A stretch of 64,000 nt of DNA from Chloroflexota bacterium (GCA_963662335.2 CAXXVD010000001.1:320001-384000), one strand, 5' to 3'; shown: positions 40,868-50,621, counted from the first letter of the stretch. The notes: generated from the letters alone by a model not told the origin. Made by a program: numbers and translations.

Positions 40868-41049
40868 CGCTCTTCTCCCATCACTCCCGCTTGCACGGGG
40901 ATCCTTCTTCTCCGTCATTCCCGCGCACGCGGGAATGACGGAGAAGAAAACTCGCCGCCAGACTGAAGCCATTGTAACGAAGTCGTGCGCGCGTAACCAC
41001 CTTCTCCCTGGGGAGAGGCAGGGGTGAGGGGAAAGCGGAGGAGTCCGCG

Positions 41050-41451
41050 TCAGCGCGGCGCGGTAAGCGCCATGCTCACCACAAAGCCCAGCAGCAAACC
41101 CCACCAGCGCCAGTCGGGCGGATGCCAACGCCCCTCGCTGCGAGTCTCGGTCCAGGCAAACGCCGCGAAGTGCGTCAGGCCCATCAGCAGCAGCGCGCCC
41201 CAGGCCCACCAGTGACCGTCGCGGATGCCCCAATACGTCAGCCCCCACCACGCCACGCCCATGATGAGGACGTGCATGGCCACGTGGCGCGAAAACGCGC
41301 GCAGTTCCGGCGGCCGGCCGGCTCCCAAACGCGGGGTCAGGACGTTCCCGTACGGCCCATAGCCCAAGAGCGTGGCCAGCGTGAGCGCAAAGTGGATGAG
41401 GGCTCCCACGAGCAGCAACAGCCAGCCGAGGGTGAAGAGAGTTAGTGGCAT
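41050..41451 (-). CDS. Hypothetical 4-TM membrane protein
   Basis: Hydrophobic, Trp-rich ORF. Confidence 0.65.
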   Translation of the reverse strand: MPLTLFTLGWLLLLVGALIHFALTLATLLGYGPYGNVLTPRLGAGRPPELRAFSRHVAMHVLIMGVAWWGLTYWGIRDGHWWAWGALLLMGLTHFAAFAWTETRSEGRWHPPDWRWWGLLLGFVVSMALTAPR

Positions 41452-41616
41452 TGACAATCCCTACCGCCTATTGCGCCAAAGGAACGCGCCCCGGTCCGCC
41501 ACTCGCGCCCGGCGAGTATCCTGGACGCTTTCCACCCCCCAAGCATACCACCTACCACGTAGCGCGGGGGCTTATCCCTAATGCTGTCGCATTAACGTAG
41601 CGCGGGGGCTTGTCCC

Positions 41617-41779
41617 TAATGCTGTCGCATTAACGTAGCGCGGGGGCTTGTCCCCCGCCAGAACATAAAGAAAAGCACACGCAAAGGATTGACCCTACAG
41701 TCTCGCAGGTTGCAAACCTGCGCTACCGGAGATGCGAGGCGTGGTTCTCATCGCCATTGAGTCTAATGCGACAGCATTG
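41617..41779 (+). mobile_element. IS4-like MITE (intact copy)
   Basis: 16-bp ends taatgctgtcgcatta / taatgcgacagcattg; perfect 11-bp duplication gggcttgtccc; extra left end at 41579. Confidence 0.85.
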
Positions 41780-41846
41780 GGGCTTGTCCCCCGCTCTTGG
41801 CGTAGTTCCCTCTCCCTGGGAGAGGGTTAGGGTGAGGGGAATCCGC

Positions 41847-43046
41847 TCACGTCAACGCCCGCCGTTCGCGCTGGCGGCGGGTTTCCGGCACGAACCAGGC
41901 CAAGTTGCCGGCCGCCAGCGCGCCGACGCCCGCCAGCACGACGGCGGCGAGGCCGAGTCCCGTGATGTCCGCCACCGCCCCGACCACCAGCGGGCCGCCG
42001 GTATTGCCGCCGTCGCCGATCAGCCGCCACAGGCCGAGGAACTCGCCCATCGCGTCTCGGGGCGCCAGATCGCTGCCCAGGGTCATCATGGTGCCGGAGC
42101 CGATCCCGTTGCCCAGGCCCATGATTGCCGCCGCCGCCATGAGCGAAATATAGCCGGCGGTCAACGGCACCATACCCATGCCGATGCCGAGGATGATCAT
42201 CGAGGGCACGGACGCCCACTTGCGCCCCATGCGGTCTTGCAGCAAGCCGGCGATGCCAAAGAGCGACATGTCGATGGCGGCGGAAACCGTGAGAATTACC
42301 CCTACCGCCGCCACGTCCAATCCCAATACGGTCGCGCCGTAGAGCGGCACGATGATTTCGCGTCCCGCGCGGATCATCTGCGCCAGCACTTGCGCGCTGC
42401 CGGCCGCCAGCAGGTCGCGGCGGTACGTGCCCACGATCTGCGCCATGGTGCGCCAGTGCGGACGGCGGTGGGCGGCCTGAGCGGGCGCGCGCGACTCCGG
42501 CACGTAGCGCAGCGTAATGAGAAAAGCCACACCGGCCAGCGCCGCCGCCAGCAGGAAGGGCGTCTGCAGTCCCAAGGTCGCGCCCACGAAGCCGCCGATG
42601 GCGGGACTGGCAAAGACGCCAATGCGGCTCACGCCGCCAAAGGCCGACAAGGCCCGCCCCCGCACCTCCAGCGGTACCGCGTCCGAAATATAGGCCATGC
42701 GCGAGAGCATCCACATGGCCGCGCCGCCGCCGGAGAGCAAGCGCAACAGCACCAACACCGGGAAGCTCTCGATGATGCCCATCAGCGTCAGGGAAACGCA
42801 GGCCACGCCCACGCCCAGCAGCATCACCTTGCGGCTCCCCAGGCGTTCCAGCATCACGCCGGAGGGGAGATCCATGGCCAGCGTGCCGATCCCGCGCGCG
42901 GCTACCGCCAGGCTCACCAGGCTGAACGAGACGCCGAAGGTGGTGGCATAGAGCGGCAGCGTGGGAATCAAGAGGCCCTGGGTAAACGCCAGCAGAAAGC
43001 TGGGCACGTAGACCGGCAGCATGAGCGCGAAGACGCGGCGGCTCAT
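41847..43046 (-). CDS. MFS transporter
   Basis: G...ERLG.RK and G...DRMGRK motif A; about 12 TM. Confidence 0.9.
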   Translation of the reverse strand: MSRRVFALMLPVYVPSFLLAFTQGLLIPTLPLYATTFGVSFSLVSLAVAARGIGTLAMDLPSGVMLERLGSRKVMLLGVGVACVSLTLMGIIESFPVLVLLRLLSGGGAAMWMLSRMAYISDAVPLEVRGRALSAFGGVSRIGVFASPAIGGFVGATLGLQTPFLLAAALAGVAFLITLRYVPESRAPAQAAHRRPHWRTMAQIVGTYRRDLLAAGSAQVLAQMIRAGREIIVPLYGATVLGLDVAAVGVILTVSAAIDMSLFGIAGLLQDRMGRKWASVPSMIILGIGMGMVPLTAGYISLMAAAAIMGLGNGIGSGTMMTLGSDLAPRDAMGEFLGLWRLIGDGGNTGGPLVVGAVADITGLGLAAVVLAGVGALAAGNLAWFVPETRRQRERRALT

Positions 43047-43393
43047 GGGTTAAGCGGGCAGGCGGCTAGAACGGCAGTAAGCCGGACTCGATCGCACGAA
43101 AGAAAGGGAACGGGGCAGGGCCGTCCGCCGCGCGGCGGATACGCCACGCGGCGCGCACGACAGGCGCGCGGTCAAAGAATCTACGGCAAAGAAACTCACC
43201 ATCTGGCATCAGGAGAACAAGCGCTCGCGTTCCAACCGGCATGGACGCGCGCGACGCGCGCCGCATCCTACTATAGCACATGCGGTTAGGCGGTAACGCG
43301 CTCTCGCCGTCCGGCATTCTCCCACCTTGGCCCCCGCTCCCAGGACAGCGAAGCAGGCGCACGCGGGCGGCGCGCCGCCGTTCCTTTAACGGC

Positions 43394-43422
43394 TTGCATA
43401 GCTGCCAAAATTCCAGTATACT
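43394..43422 (+). promoter_or_regulatory. Sigma70-type promoter
   Basis: TTGCAT-17-TATACT. Confidence 0.65.
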
Positions 43423-43565
43423 TGGGCAATCGTCTCACATTGGGCGCGGCGCGCTTGCGCGAGGGAACGCGCGAGCGGCGTGCCGTCACTCGCGGTTTCC
43501 GGGTAGCGCGCGCCGCCCGGCGCCAAGCGTGGAGCGGTGAGACCCAGCGCAAGGAGAGTTTCCCA

Positions 43566-43844
43566 GTGTCACCTGAGGATCGTACGATAATCTGCCAGGA
43601 GTGCAGCCAACCGTTCGCCTTCACGAGCGGCGAGCAGACGTTCTATCAGGAGAAGGGCCTCATGCACGAGCCGCGCCGCTGTCCGGAGTGCCGCACCGCG
43701 CGCCGGCGTGAGCGCTACGGCGAACGGGAGATGCACGAAGGCGTCTGCGCGGACTGCGGCAGTGTGGCGCGCGTGCCCTTCGTGCCGCGCGACGACCGTC
43801 CCATCTACTGCAGCGACTGCTTCACCAAGCGCCGTGAAGGTTAG
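43566..43844 (+). CDS. Zinc-ribbon protein (zf-trcl plus CxxC-x17-CxxC)
   Basis: D..I.C.EC...F.FT.GEQ.FY..KG....P.RC..CR; C.DCG..A.VPF.P..DRP.YC.DCF; RBS aaggag. Confidence 0.9.
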   Translation: MSPEDRTIICQECSQPFAFTSGEQTFYQEKGLMHEPRRCPECRTARRRERYGEREMHEGVCADCGSVARVPFVPRDDRPIYCSDCFTKRREG

Positions 43845-43861
43845 TCCCCCACAGCCGCTAG

Positions 43862-43918
43862 TTGACAAGGTCTATCCCGTTTGGTAGGCTTGACTATGGA
43901 AGGCAGGCCTTTTATAAT
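43862..43918 (+). promoter_or_regulatory. Tandem sigma70 promoters upstream of rho
   Basis: TTGACA-17-TAGGCT and TTGACT-17-TATAAT. Confidence 0.75.
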
Positions 43919-44369
43919 CCTCTCATCCGCCGGGACTACCGTCCGTTGGCATAGCTTCGTGAAGATAGCCGCTACGGCAACGCCGTTCTTTCCACAAGCC
44001 GCAGCCACGTACCCGTTACCGAATTAGCGACGCTCAGGCACTATTCCCAGACCGGATACGCTCTGCAACACTCAAGTTGTTCCTACACGCAGGTAATGGC
44101 GTAACGCACGTAAACAAGACGCCGCAGGGTTCGCTGAACCGGAGGCGCCGCCCGCGCTTCATTCGCTCGCCCACCCCGCCGTGCCTTGCGCCATCCTGAA
44201 TCGTCGTACCGCTCACGCTAAGGAGGGCGTTCTGTCAGCAGTACTACCCTATCGTAAACGTGGCCGACACAAGCCGCATCGCCGCCGCAACCGTTCTTCC
44301 AAAACGTGGATGCAACGAAACGAAACCCACCACACATCCCAGCCACGCGAGAAAAGGAGTGATCCCGGA

Positions 44370-45626
44370 GTGCAATACGCAGATCTAGACGCAAAGCCTC
44401 TGGCCGAATTGCGAGAACGCGCACGAGAACTGGGCATCAGCGGGTACTCAGTCCTCAAGAAGCATGAACTCGTCAACCGGCTATTGCAGGCACAATCCGA
44501 AGAACAGGGCAACCTCTACCGCACCGGGCTCCTCGAGACCATCGACGACGGCTACGGCTTCCTGCGCCTCCACCGCTACTGGCACACCGGCTGGCCGGAA
44601 GACGTCTACGTCGCGCCCACGCAGATTCGCCGCCTGAGCCTGCGCACCGGCGACATGATCGCCGGCCAGGTGCGTCCGCCCAAAGAGGGCGAGAAGTACT
44701 ACGGCCTGCTGCGGGTGGAAACCGTCAACGACCTCGATCCGGAAGAGGCCAAGCGCCGCCCCTACTTCGAGTCGTTCAGCGCGGTCTTCCCGGACGAACG
44801 CCTGAATCTGGAAACGGCCTCCGCCGGCGTTACCGGGCGCCTCATCAACCTCGTCTCGCCCATCGGCCGCGGCCAGCGCGGCCTGGTGGTCGCCCCGCCC
44901 AAGACCGGCAAGACCATGCTCATGCAGAGCATCGCCAACGCCGTCATGAGCAACTATCCCGAGGTGCACGTGATGGTGGTGCTCATCGGCGAACGGCCCG
45001 AGGAAGTGACGGACTGGGAACGCACCGTCGGGGCCGAGGTCGTGGCGTCCACGTTCGACGAGATGCCGGAAAACCAGACGCGCATCGCCGAACTGGCCCT
45101 GGAGCGCGCCAAGCGCATGGTGGAAGGCGGGCAGGACGTGATGGTGCTGCTCGACTCGATTACCCGCCTCACCCGCGCCTACAACCAGGCCATCCCACCC
45201 AGCGGGCGCACGCTCTCCGGCGGTATCGACCCGGCCGCCATCTACCCGCCCAAACGCTTCTTCGGCGCGGGCCGCAACGTGGACAACGGCGGCAGCCTGA
45301 CCATGATCGCCACCTGCCTAGTGGAGACGGAAAGCCGCATGGACGACGTCATCTACGAGGAGTTCAAGGGCACCGGCAACATGGAACTGCGGCTCGACCG
45401 CAAGTTTTCCGAGCGCCGGGTCTTCCCGGCAATCGACGTGGGCCGCTCCGGCACCCGGCGCGAAGAACTGCTGCTGGAATCGGTTACGTTGCAAAAGGTG
45501 GTCACCCTGCGCCGCATGTTGGCCGCCCTCGGCAACACCGAAGGCTACGAGGCGATGCTCAACCGGCTGGAACGCACCAAGTCGAACGCCGACTTCCTGG
45601 CGCGGCTGAGCAAGGATGCGGTCTAG
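44370..45626 (+). CDS. rho: Transcription termination factor Rho
   Basis: [49 protein letters not shown]; start could be 44310. Confidence 0.97.
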   Translation: MQYADLDAKPLAELRERARELGISGYSVLKKHELVNRLLQAQSEEQGNLYRTGLLETIDDGYGFLRLHRYWHTGWPEDVYVAPTQIRRLSLRTGDMIAGQVRPPKEGEKYYGLLRVETVNDLDPEEAKRRPYFESFSAVFPDERLNLETASAGVTGRLINLVSPIGRGQRGLVVAPPKTGKTMLMQSIANAVMSNYPEVHVMVVLIGERPEEVTDWERTVGAEVVASTFDEMPENQTRIAELALERAKRMVEGGQDVMVLLDSITRLTRAYNQAIPPSGRTLSGGIDPAAIYPPKRFFGAGRNVDNGGSLTMIATCLVETESRMDDVIYEEFKGTGNMELRLDRKFSERRVFPAIDVGRSGTRREELLLESVTLQKVVTLRRMLAALGNTEGYEAMLNRLERTKSNADFLARLSKDAV

Positions 45627-45779
45627 GCACGGCCCAAAAAGAAGACCACGTTCACCCGGCGCAGCGGAGACGCAGCGCGCTTGCGGCTCAGATAAGGCGC
45701 GCCCCGGGCGCGGCGTCTGAGAACGCAACAGACGCGGGCGCAACAGAAGAGACTCCCTCTCCCTGGGGAGAGGGCCGGG

Positions 45780-47018
45780 GTGAGGGGAACATCGGTGCCC
45801 AACCGGCCCAATGCCAATCATTCAGCGGAACTATGCAGAGTCCGCGCGCGGCGCACGCCGCCGCCCGCCTCTCCACTCAATTGGGCGCGGACAATCCTCT
45901 GGTTGCTCCTCTTCCTGCCGGCCTGCGCTCTCGCCGAGCCGCCGCGCCGCGCGCTGGAACTCGACGTCCACCCGGCAATCCTGCACGCGGACGGCGCCGG
46001 CGCGGTCACCATCCGCTACCACGTCACCCAAGAGTCTGTGGTTTCGCTTGCGCTGCACGCAGCCGACGGCGCAGCGTTCGTCTTGCGGGACCGCGTGCCC
46101 CGCGGTCCGGGAACATACTCCTTCAGCTTTAGGGGAGCGCTCGGAGGCCGCGTCCTGCCCAACGGCGCGTATACGCTCGTCGCCACGGCGCGGAAACCGT
46201 ATTCCGGCGAGCATACGGAGCGCCGCCAGCCGCTCACCATCGCCAACGCCGATACCCGGCCCCCTGTCCTGGAAGATCTCCACGTCACGCCGGCCGTGCT
46301 CACGCCCAACCAGGACGGCGTGGACGACCGGCTGGAGGTCAGGTTCACGGTAGCTGAGCCTGTGACCGTGGACGTGCGCCTCCTTGCCGGTAATGAGGCG
46401 CGGTGGCTGCTGCGCGACGCCGCCGCCGATTCCGGCGTGGTTCTGCTATCCTGGCCGCCGCCGCTGCGCCACGCGCCGCAACTCAATCGAGCGGTGGAGC
46501 GACTGCCGGCCGGCCCGGCGCAGGTGGAAGTCACGGTCCAGGACCGCGCGGGCAATCGCTCCGTGCAGCGTCAGCGCATTGCGCTCGGTGAGAGCGGAAC
46601 GCCCCGGGCGCACGTGACCGACGTGAAGATCACACCCGCAGCCGCGCGGGACGGCGGGACGGTGACAATCACAGCCACGATCACCAATACCGGCGCGATC
46701 ACCTTGCGCGCGGCGCCGGTGGGCCCTGCTGCCTATGCCTGGCGCGAGAGCGCCCACACCCTGGGGTATGCCGCCCCGGGAACCGTGCGCTGGGGCGTGG
46801 ACTTCTCACTCAACCGCAGCGGTGTCGCCTATCCGTTTCGGTGGAGTCTGGGCCGCGACCTGCCGCCGGGTGAAAGTATCGTCGTGAGCGGCGGCATTAT
46901 GCTCAGCAAAGACTTCCCCCGGGAACCGGTCCAACTCTGGGTGGGCGTCATTCACGAGCACAACCGTATGCTCGCCGACAAGCGCGGCGTCACCCGCGTG
47001 CAACGCGCCCGCCCGTAG
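45780..47018 (+). CDS. Exported multi-Ig-domain protein (FlgD-Ig-like)
   Basis: Hydrophobic LLLFLPAC, LPNGAYTL, LTPNQDGVDD, V.DRAGN; start uncertain. Confidence 0.65.
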   Translation: MRGTSVPNRPNANHSAELCRVRARRTPPPASPLNWARTILWLLLFLPACALAEPPRRALELDVHPAILHADGAGAVTIRYHVTQESVVSLALHAADGAAFVLRDRVPRGPGTYSFSFRGALGGRVLPNGAYTLVATARKPYSGEHTERRQPLTIANADTRPPVLEDLHVTPAVLTPNQDGVDDRLEVRFTVAEPVTVDVRLLAGNEARWLLRDAAADSGVVLLSWPPPLRHAPQLNRAVERLPAGPAQVEVTVQDRAGNRSVQRQRIALGESGTPRAHVTDVKITPAAARDGGTVTITATITNTGAITLRAAPVGPAAYAWRESAHTLGYAAPGTVRWGVDFSLNRSGVAYPFRWSLGRDLPPGESIVVSGGIMLSKDFPREPVQLWVGVIHEHNRMLADKRGVTRVQRARP

Positions 47019-47199
47019 CGCGGGGGCTCGTCCCCCGCCACCATAGCCCACACCGTAGCACGGGGGCTTGTCCCCCGCTACCATAGCCCACACCGTAGCG
47101 CGGGGGCTCGTCCCCCGCTACCATAGCCCACACCGTAGCACGGGGGCTTGTCCCCCGCTCAATACCCTACACCCGTAACGCGGGGGCTTGTCCCCCGCC
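47013..47199 (+). repeat. 40-bp tandem array of REP B x5
   Basis: Unit ccgtagcRcgggggctYgtcccccgcYaccatagcccaca. Confidence 0.9.
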
Positions 47200-47237
47200 G
47201 TGAACGACAATTGCCCCGCTCATCCGTCGAAACACCA

Positions 47238-48236
47238 ATGTCCGTAGACTGCGCCTTCTACCAACGCATCATAGAGACGTGCTTTCCCGACCTCACGGTA
47301 GCGCACATCCGGTTCGTGGGCGGCGGCACCTGCCGGGTCTTTGCCGTGAACCGAACGCTCATCTTCCGTTTTCCCCACGGCGGCGGCTCAATCGCAAGTG
47401 ACGAGCGCCAAGCGGATGGCGGCCCCGCTGCGGACGACGGCGCGTTTCTCCATCACGAGAAGCGCGTCTACGACAGCGTAGCGCCGCTGCTCCCGCTGCC
47501 GGCGCCGCGTTTCCGCTACTTCAGTGAGGGCTGCGCCCAGTTTCCCTATCCGGTGGCCGGCTACGAGCGGCTGCCCGGCCGCAGCCTCTCCGCGTGCGCG
47601 CTCGCACCGCGCGCCCTGCAAAGCGCGGCCGCGCAAATCGGCGACTTCCTTTCGGCCCTTCACGCCATACCGCTCGGCGCGCTGCCCGCCGCGCTCCGGC
47701 CTCCGCCGCCGGCGGCCGCTGGCCGTTCCAACGCGCGCAGCCTGTTCCGGCAGGTAAAGGCCGAAGCGTTCCCGCTGCTGAGTCCGGCGGAGCAGGCCTG
47801 GACGCGGTGCCTCTTCCAGGAAATAACCGAAGATCACACCCTCTGGGAACTCACCCCCGTCTTCACCCACGGCGACTTCGACGGCTCGAACATCCTCTAT
47901 GACGAGGCCCGCGGCGCGGTCAGCGGCGTCATCGACTTCGAGGAAGCCGGCCAGAGCGGCGATCCGGCGGTAGACTTCTGCGCGCTGCTGGCGGGGTTTG
48001 GCCGGACGTTCGTGGAAGCCGCGCTCGCCGCCTACACCCGCGACGTTTCCGCCGCCATGCGCCGCCGCATCGACCTCTGCGCCAAGCGCATCCTCTTCAT
48101 CGAGTTGCTCTACGGCATTCAGGTCAACGACCGCCGCTTCATCGACAACGGGCTCCGCCGCCTCCACCGCGCGCGGCACAATCTCGACCCCATCGGCGAC
48201 TGGCTGGACGTCTCTACCAGCGAGACCAGAGCATAG
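47238..48236 (+). CDS. Aminoglycoside phosphotransferase-family kinase
   Basis: IFRFP, HGDF...NIL, GVIDFE...GDPA.DF. Confidence 0.85.
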   Translation: MSVDCAFYQRIIETCFPDLTVAHIRFVGGGTCRVFAVNRTLIFRFPHGGGSIASDERQADGGPAADDGAFLHHEKRVYDSVAPLLPLPAPRFRYFSEGCAQFPYPVAGYERLPGRSLSACALAPRALQSAAAQIGDFLSALHAIPLGALPAALRPPPPAAAGRSNARSLFRQVKAEAFPLLSPAEQAWTRCLFQEITEDHTLWELTPVFTHGDFDGSNILYDEARGAVSGVIDFEEAGQSGDPAVDFCALLAGFGRTFVEAALAAYTRDVSAAMRRRIDLCAKRILFIELLYGIQVNDRRFIDNGLRRLHRARHNLDPIGDWLDVSTSETRA

Positions 48237-48395
48237 GGCACGTTGCGCAACGGGCTAATATTGCCGTCTCAGTGTCGCTCTGCGGCCCTTTGCAAGAACT
48301 AAGTAGGCCATTGCGAGAGCTAAGAAGCCTCTTGCAAGACTCCTTTCCCCATTGAGGCGCCCTTTGCAAAACCCTCTTCCCCCACGTTGAACGAC

Positions 48396-48890
48396 CTATC
48401 TGCGCCAATTTCTCCTCTTACGCGCAGATCTCTCATACATCTCGTCCACCAGCAAATCGCCACCCCGCGCCGCCGCGGCCGCCAGCCTATCGCAGCGCTC
48501 ATTCTCCGCAATGCCCACGTGGGCGGGCACCCACTTGAACGTCACCTGCTGCGCGGCGGCCAGTTCCAGCAGACGCGCCCAGAGGTCGGGGTTGAGGGCT
48601 TTGCCGCCGCGCGGGCGCTGCCAGCCCCGCGCCTGCCAGGCTTGCGCCCAACCCTTGCTCATGGCGTTCACCAGGTACTCGGAGTCGCTGTAAAGGGTCA
48701 CCGCGCACGGTTCCGCAAGCTGCTCCAGCGCCCGGATGGCGGCCAGCACCTCCATCCGGTTGTTCGTGGTCTTGCGATACCCGGCCGAAATCTCCTTGCG
48801 ATGCCGCCCAAACAGAATCACGGCGCCGTACCCACCCGGTCCCGGGTTTCGGATGCACGCGCCGTCCGTGTAGATCGTGACAAGTTTCAT
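48396..48890 (-). CDS. rnhA: Ribonuclease HI
   Basis: YTDGAC..NPGPGG, TTNNRME, SDSEY, N.DLW, WV..H.G...NERCD. Confidence 0.95.
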   Translation of the reverse strand: MKLVTIYTDGACIRNPGPGGYGAVILFGRHRKEISAGYRKTTNNRMEVLAAIRALEQLAEPCAVTLYSDSEYLVNAMSKGWAQAWQARGWQRPRGGKALNPDLWARLLELAAAQQVTFKWVPAHVGIAENERCDRLAAAAARGGDLLVDEMYERSARKRRNWRR

Positions 48891-49055
48891 GGGAACGATG
48901 CAGTCCTCCGCGGGCACGGCAAGCCGCCGCACACTACCGGCGCGCGCGCCGGAGGCAAAACGAAAGGAGCGTTTCGCTCCCCGCGCCGCCAGGAAGAGCG
49001 AAATGCCCCTCTTCGTTCAATCTGAACCGTGTTGAGAGCCGGCACGGGCTCTCGC

Positions 49056-49364
49056 TTAGCCGCCGCCTCAGCCGGCGGTATCCACACCGCTTATCTTGAA
49101 GCCCCGGCGCGCGCCCTCGTTCACGAACTCCACCGCCGCGCCGTCCAGCGCCGCGAACGCCTGCGGGTCCATCACCACGCCGACACCGGCGGCATCCACC
49201 ACCTGGTCGTTCTCTTCCACTTCCTGGTCGAAGCCCATGCCGAAGTTCACCTTGCCGCACCCGCACTCGCTCTGCACGAAGATGCGCAGCTTGGCGTCGG
49301 CCAGGTCATTGGCCGCCATCAACCGCAGCAACTCCGCCGCCGCCGTATCCGAAACCGTGATCAC
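49056..49364 (-). CDS. HesB/IscA-family Fe-S carrier, probable selenoprotein (UGA at 49068-49070)
   Basis: MITVSD.AA, LRIFV..ECGCG, VV.D......LDG..V.F, GF.I; ends AG-UGA-GGG-UAA with a downstream hairpin. Confidence 0.8.
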
Positions 49365-49566
49365 GCTATTGCTCTCTTTCTTCCAACCGTCCGCTCAATG
49401 CTGTAACCCACATTCCCGCATCGGCGCTATAGCACGGAACCCCGCCCCGGCGTCCGCAATGCCGTGAGGACCGAGTCTGTGTAGTCCACATCCGTTCAAC
49501 TGAAGGAGGGAAAACCTATCCTGGCTTCCTGGAGAAGCCCTATGGGAAGCCGCTTGTTGACTTCCG

Positions 49567-49731
49567 CTACCCCTCCCTGGATCGTTCGTCGAACCGGGCC
49601 TCAATCCGTGCAACCCGCCCTGACACGCCGGCGATCTCTCTTGTGAGGACGCGAATCGCATTCCACAGCAACGCTTGCGACGCAAGAAGCGCTGCCAGTA
49701 TCGCACCCATGACGATGAGTGTAGTATCCAC
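49567..49731 (-). CDS. 54-aa TM plus coiled-coil protein (RVARIEAR)
   Basis: RBS ggagg, GTG start, MDTTLIVMGAILAALLASQALLWNAIRVLTREIAGVSGRVARIEARFDERSREG; promoter-like TTGTCA-18-TATACT at 49790-49761; below the ORF-track cutoff. Confidence 0.7.
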   Translation of the reverse strand: MDTTLIVMGAILAALLASQALLWNAIRVLTREIAGVSGRVARIEARFDERSREG

Positions 49732-49816
49732 GTTAGTCCTCCCTCACATGCTTTGCTGCCAGTATAGCTGACTTGCAATTCCCTTGACAACCAAGCGGCG
49801 TGTCAGAGAATGGCAA

Positions 49817-49931
49817 TTGCCACAGACAGTGGCGATATTCTCTCATACTCGTCCCGCCGAGGAGCGATAGTGACCGTATTGAGCAGCGACTCGCGTTCCC
49901 TCGCGGTTTGAGAGACTACTGTCTGTGGCAA
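49817..49931 (+). ncRNA. Candidate structured small RNA
   Basis: 14-bp perfect closing stem with nested stems, starting just after TTGACA-16-GAGAAT. Confidence 0.35.
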
Positions 49932-50134
49932 GGCATAGTTCACCTGTCACTCTGCAAGGGAGCGCCTTGAAATGCGACTCTTCTCAGCTTACTCAATAGG
50001 CTATTCTCCGCGCGGAAGCCACCAGCTGTCGTGAAGGAACCGCCGAAAGCGTGAAAAGAGCGCAGCCTTAACCTACGTTGGAGCAGCGCTCAGGACAGGC
50101 ACGTTCCGTGCCATCCTACGAGTCGTTGCTTCAT

Positions 50135-50509
50135 TGGTGGAGATGGGGGAGAGTCGAACTCCCCGTCCAGAGTTGTTCTTCCTGCAACCTCTACGAGCGT
50201 AGTCGGCTTTTGGGTTTCGCTTTACAGGGCACGAGCGGACGAAAAACCCTGCAAACTAGCCTCCATTTGTCTTTCGCAGTCTGCGAAGGCGGCGGACGTA
50301 ATCCGCGTGGACTGCGGCGCCCCGGCTGGTAGGTCGCCCGGGCCGCGCTCGCCGGAGAAAGCGCGGGCGGACGTCACGGCTTTAGTTAAGCCGCGAGAGC
50401 AAAATTGTGCTTGTTGGCACTTAAGAAAGTTGCCATCTGATTAACGAGGGTGATGGCGCCTCGGCTCGCAGTTCCAGGCCTCCCAACCCTGTCGAATCCA
50501 CTCATCCCC
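50135..50509 (-). ncRNA. ssrA: tmRNA
   Basis: 5' ggggatgagtggattcgac, 3' gttcgactc..ccatctccacca; tag reading frame ANKHNFALAA*. Confidence 0.95.
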
Positions 50510-50621
50510 AGGTACATTTCTAGTATATCATGCCAAGCGGCCGACACTAGCGCTAAAGATCAAATTGGAAACTACAGATCTGGCTTGACACGGAAACATT
50601 CATCTTGATTTGAGTCGGCAT

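Noticed and set aside
47238-48236. Bona fide aminoglycoside resistance gene
   Set aside because: Only the APH/choline-kinase fold motifs are visible; the substrate cannot be assigned
49445-49633. 6S RNA, suggested by a roughly 185-nt nested rod with a central bubble
   Set aside because: About a third overlaps a convincing RBS-led 54-aa ORF, and the pairings are short in GC-rich DNA; an Rfam RF00013 scan would settle it
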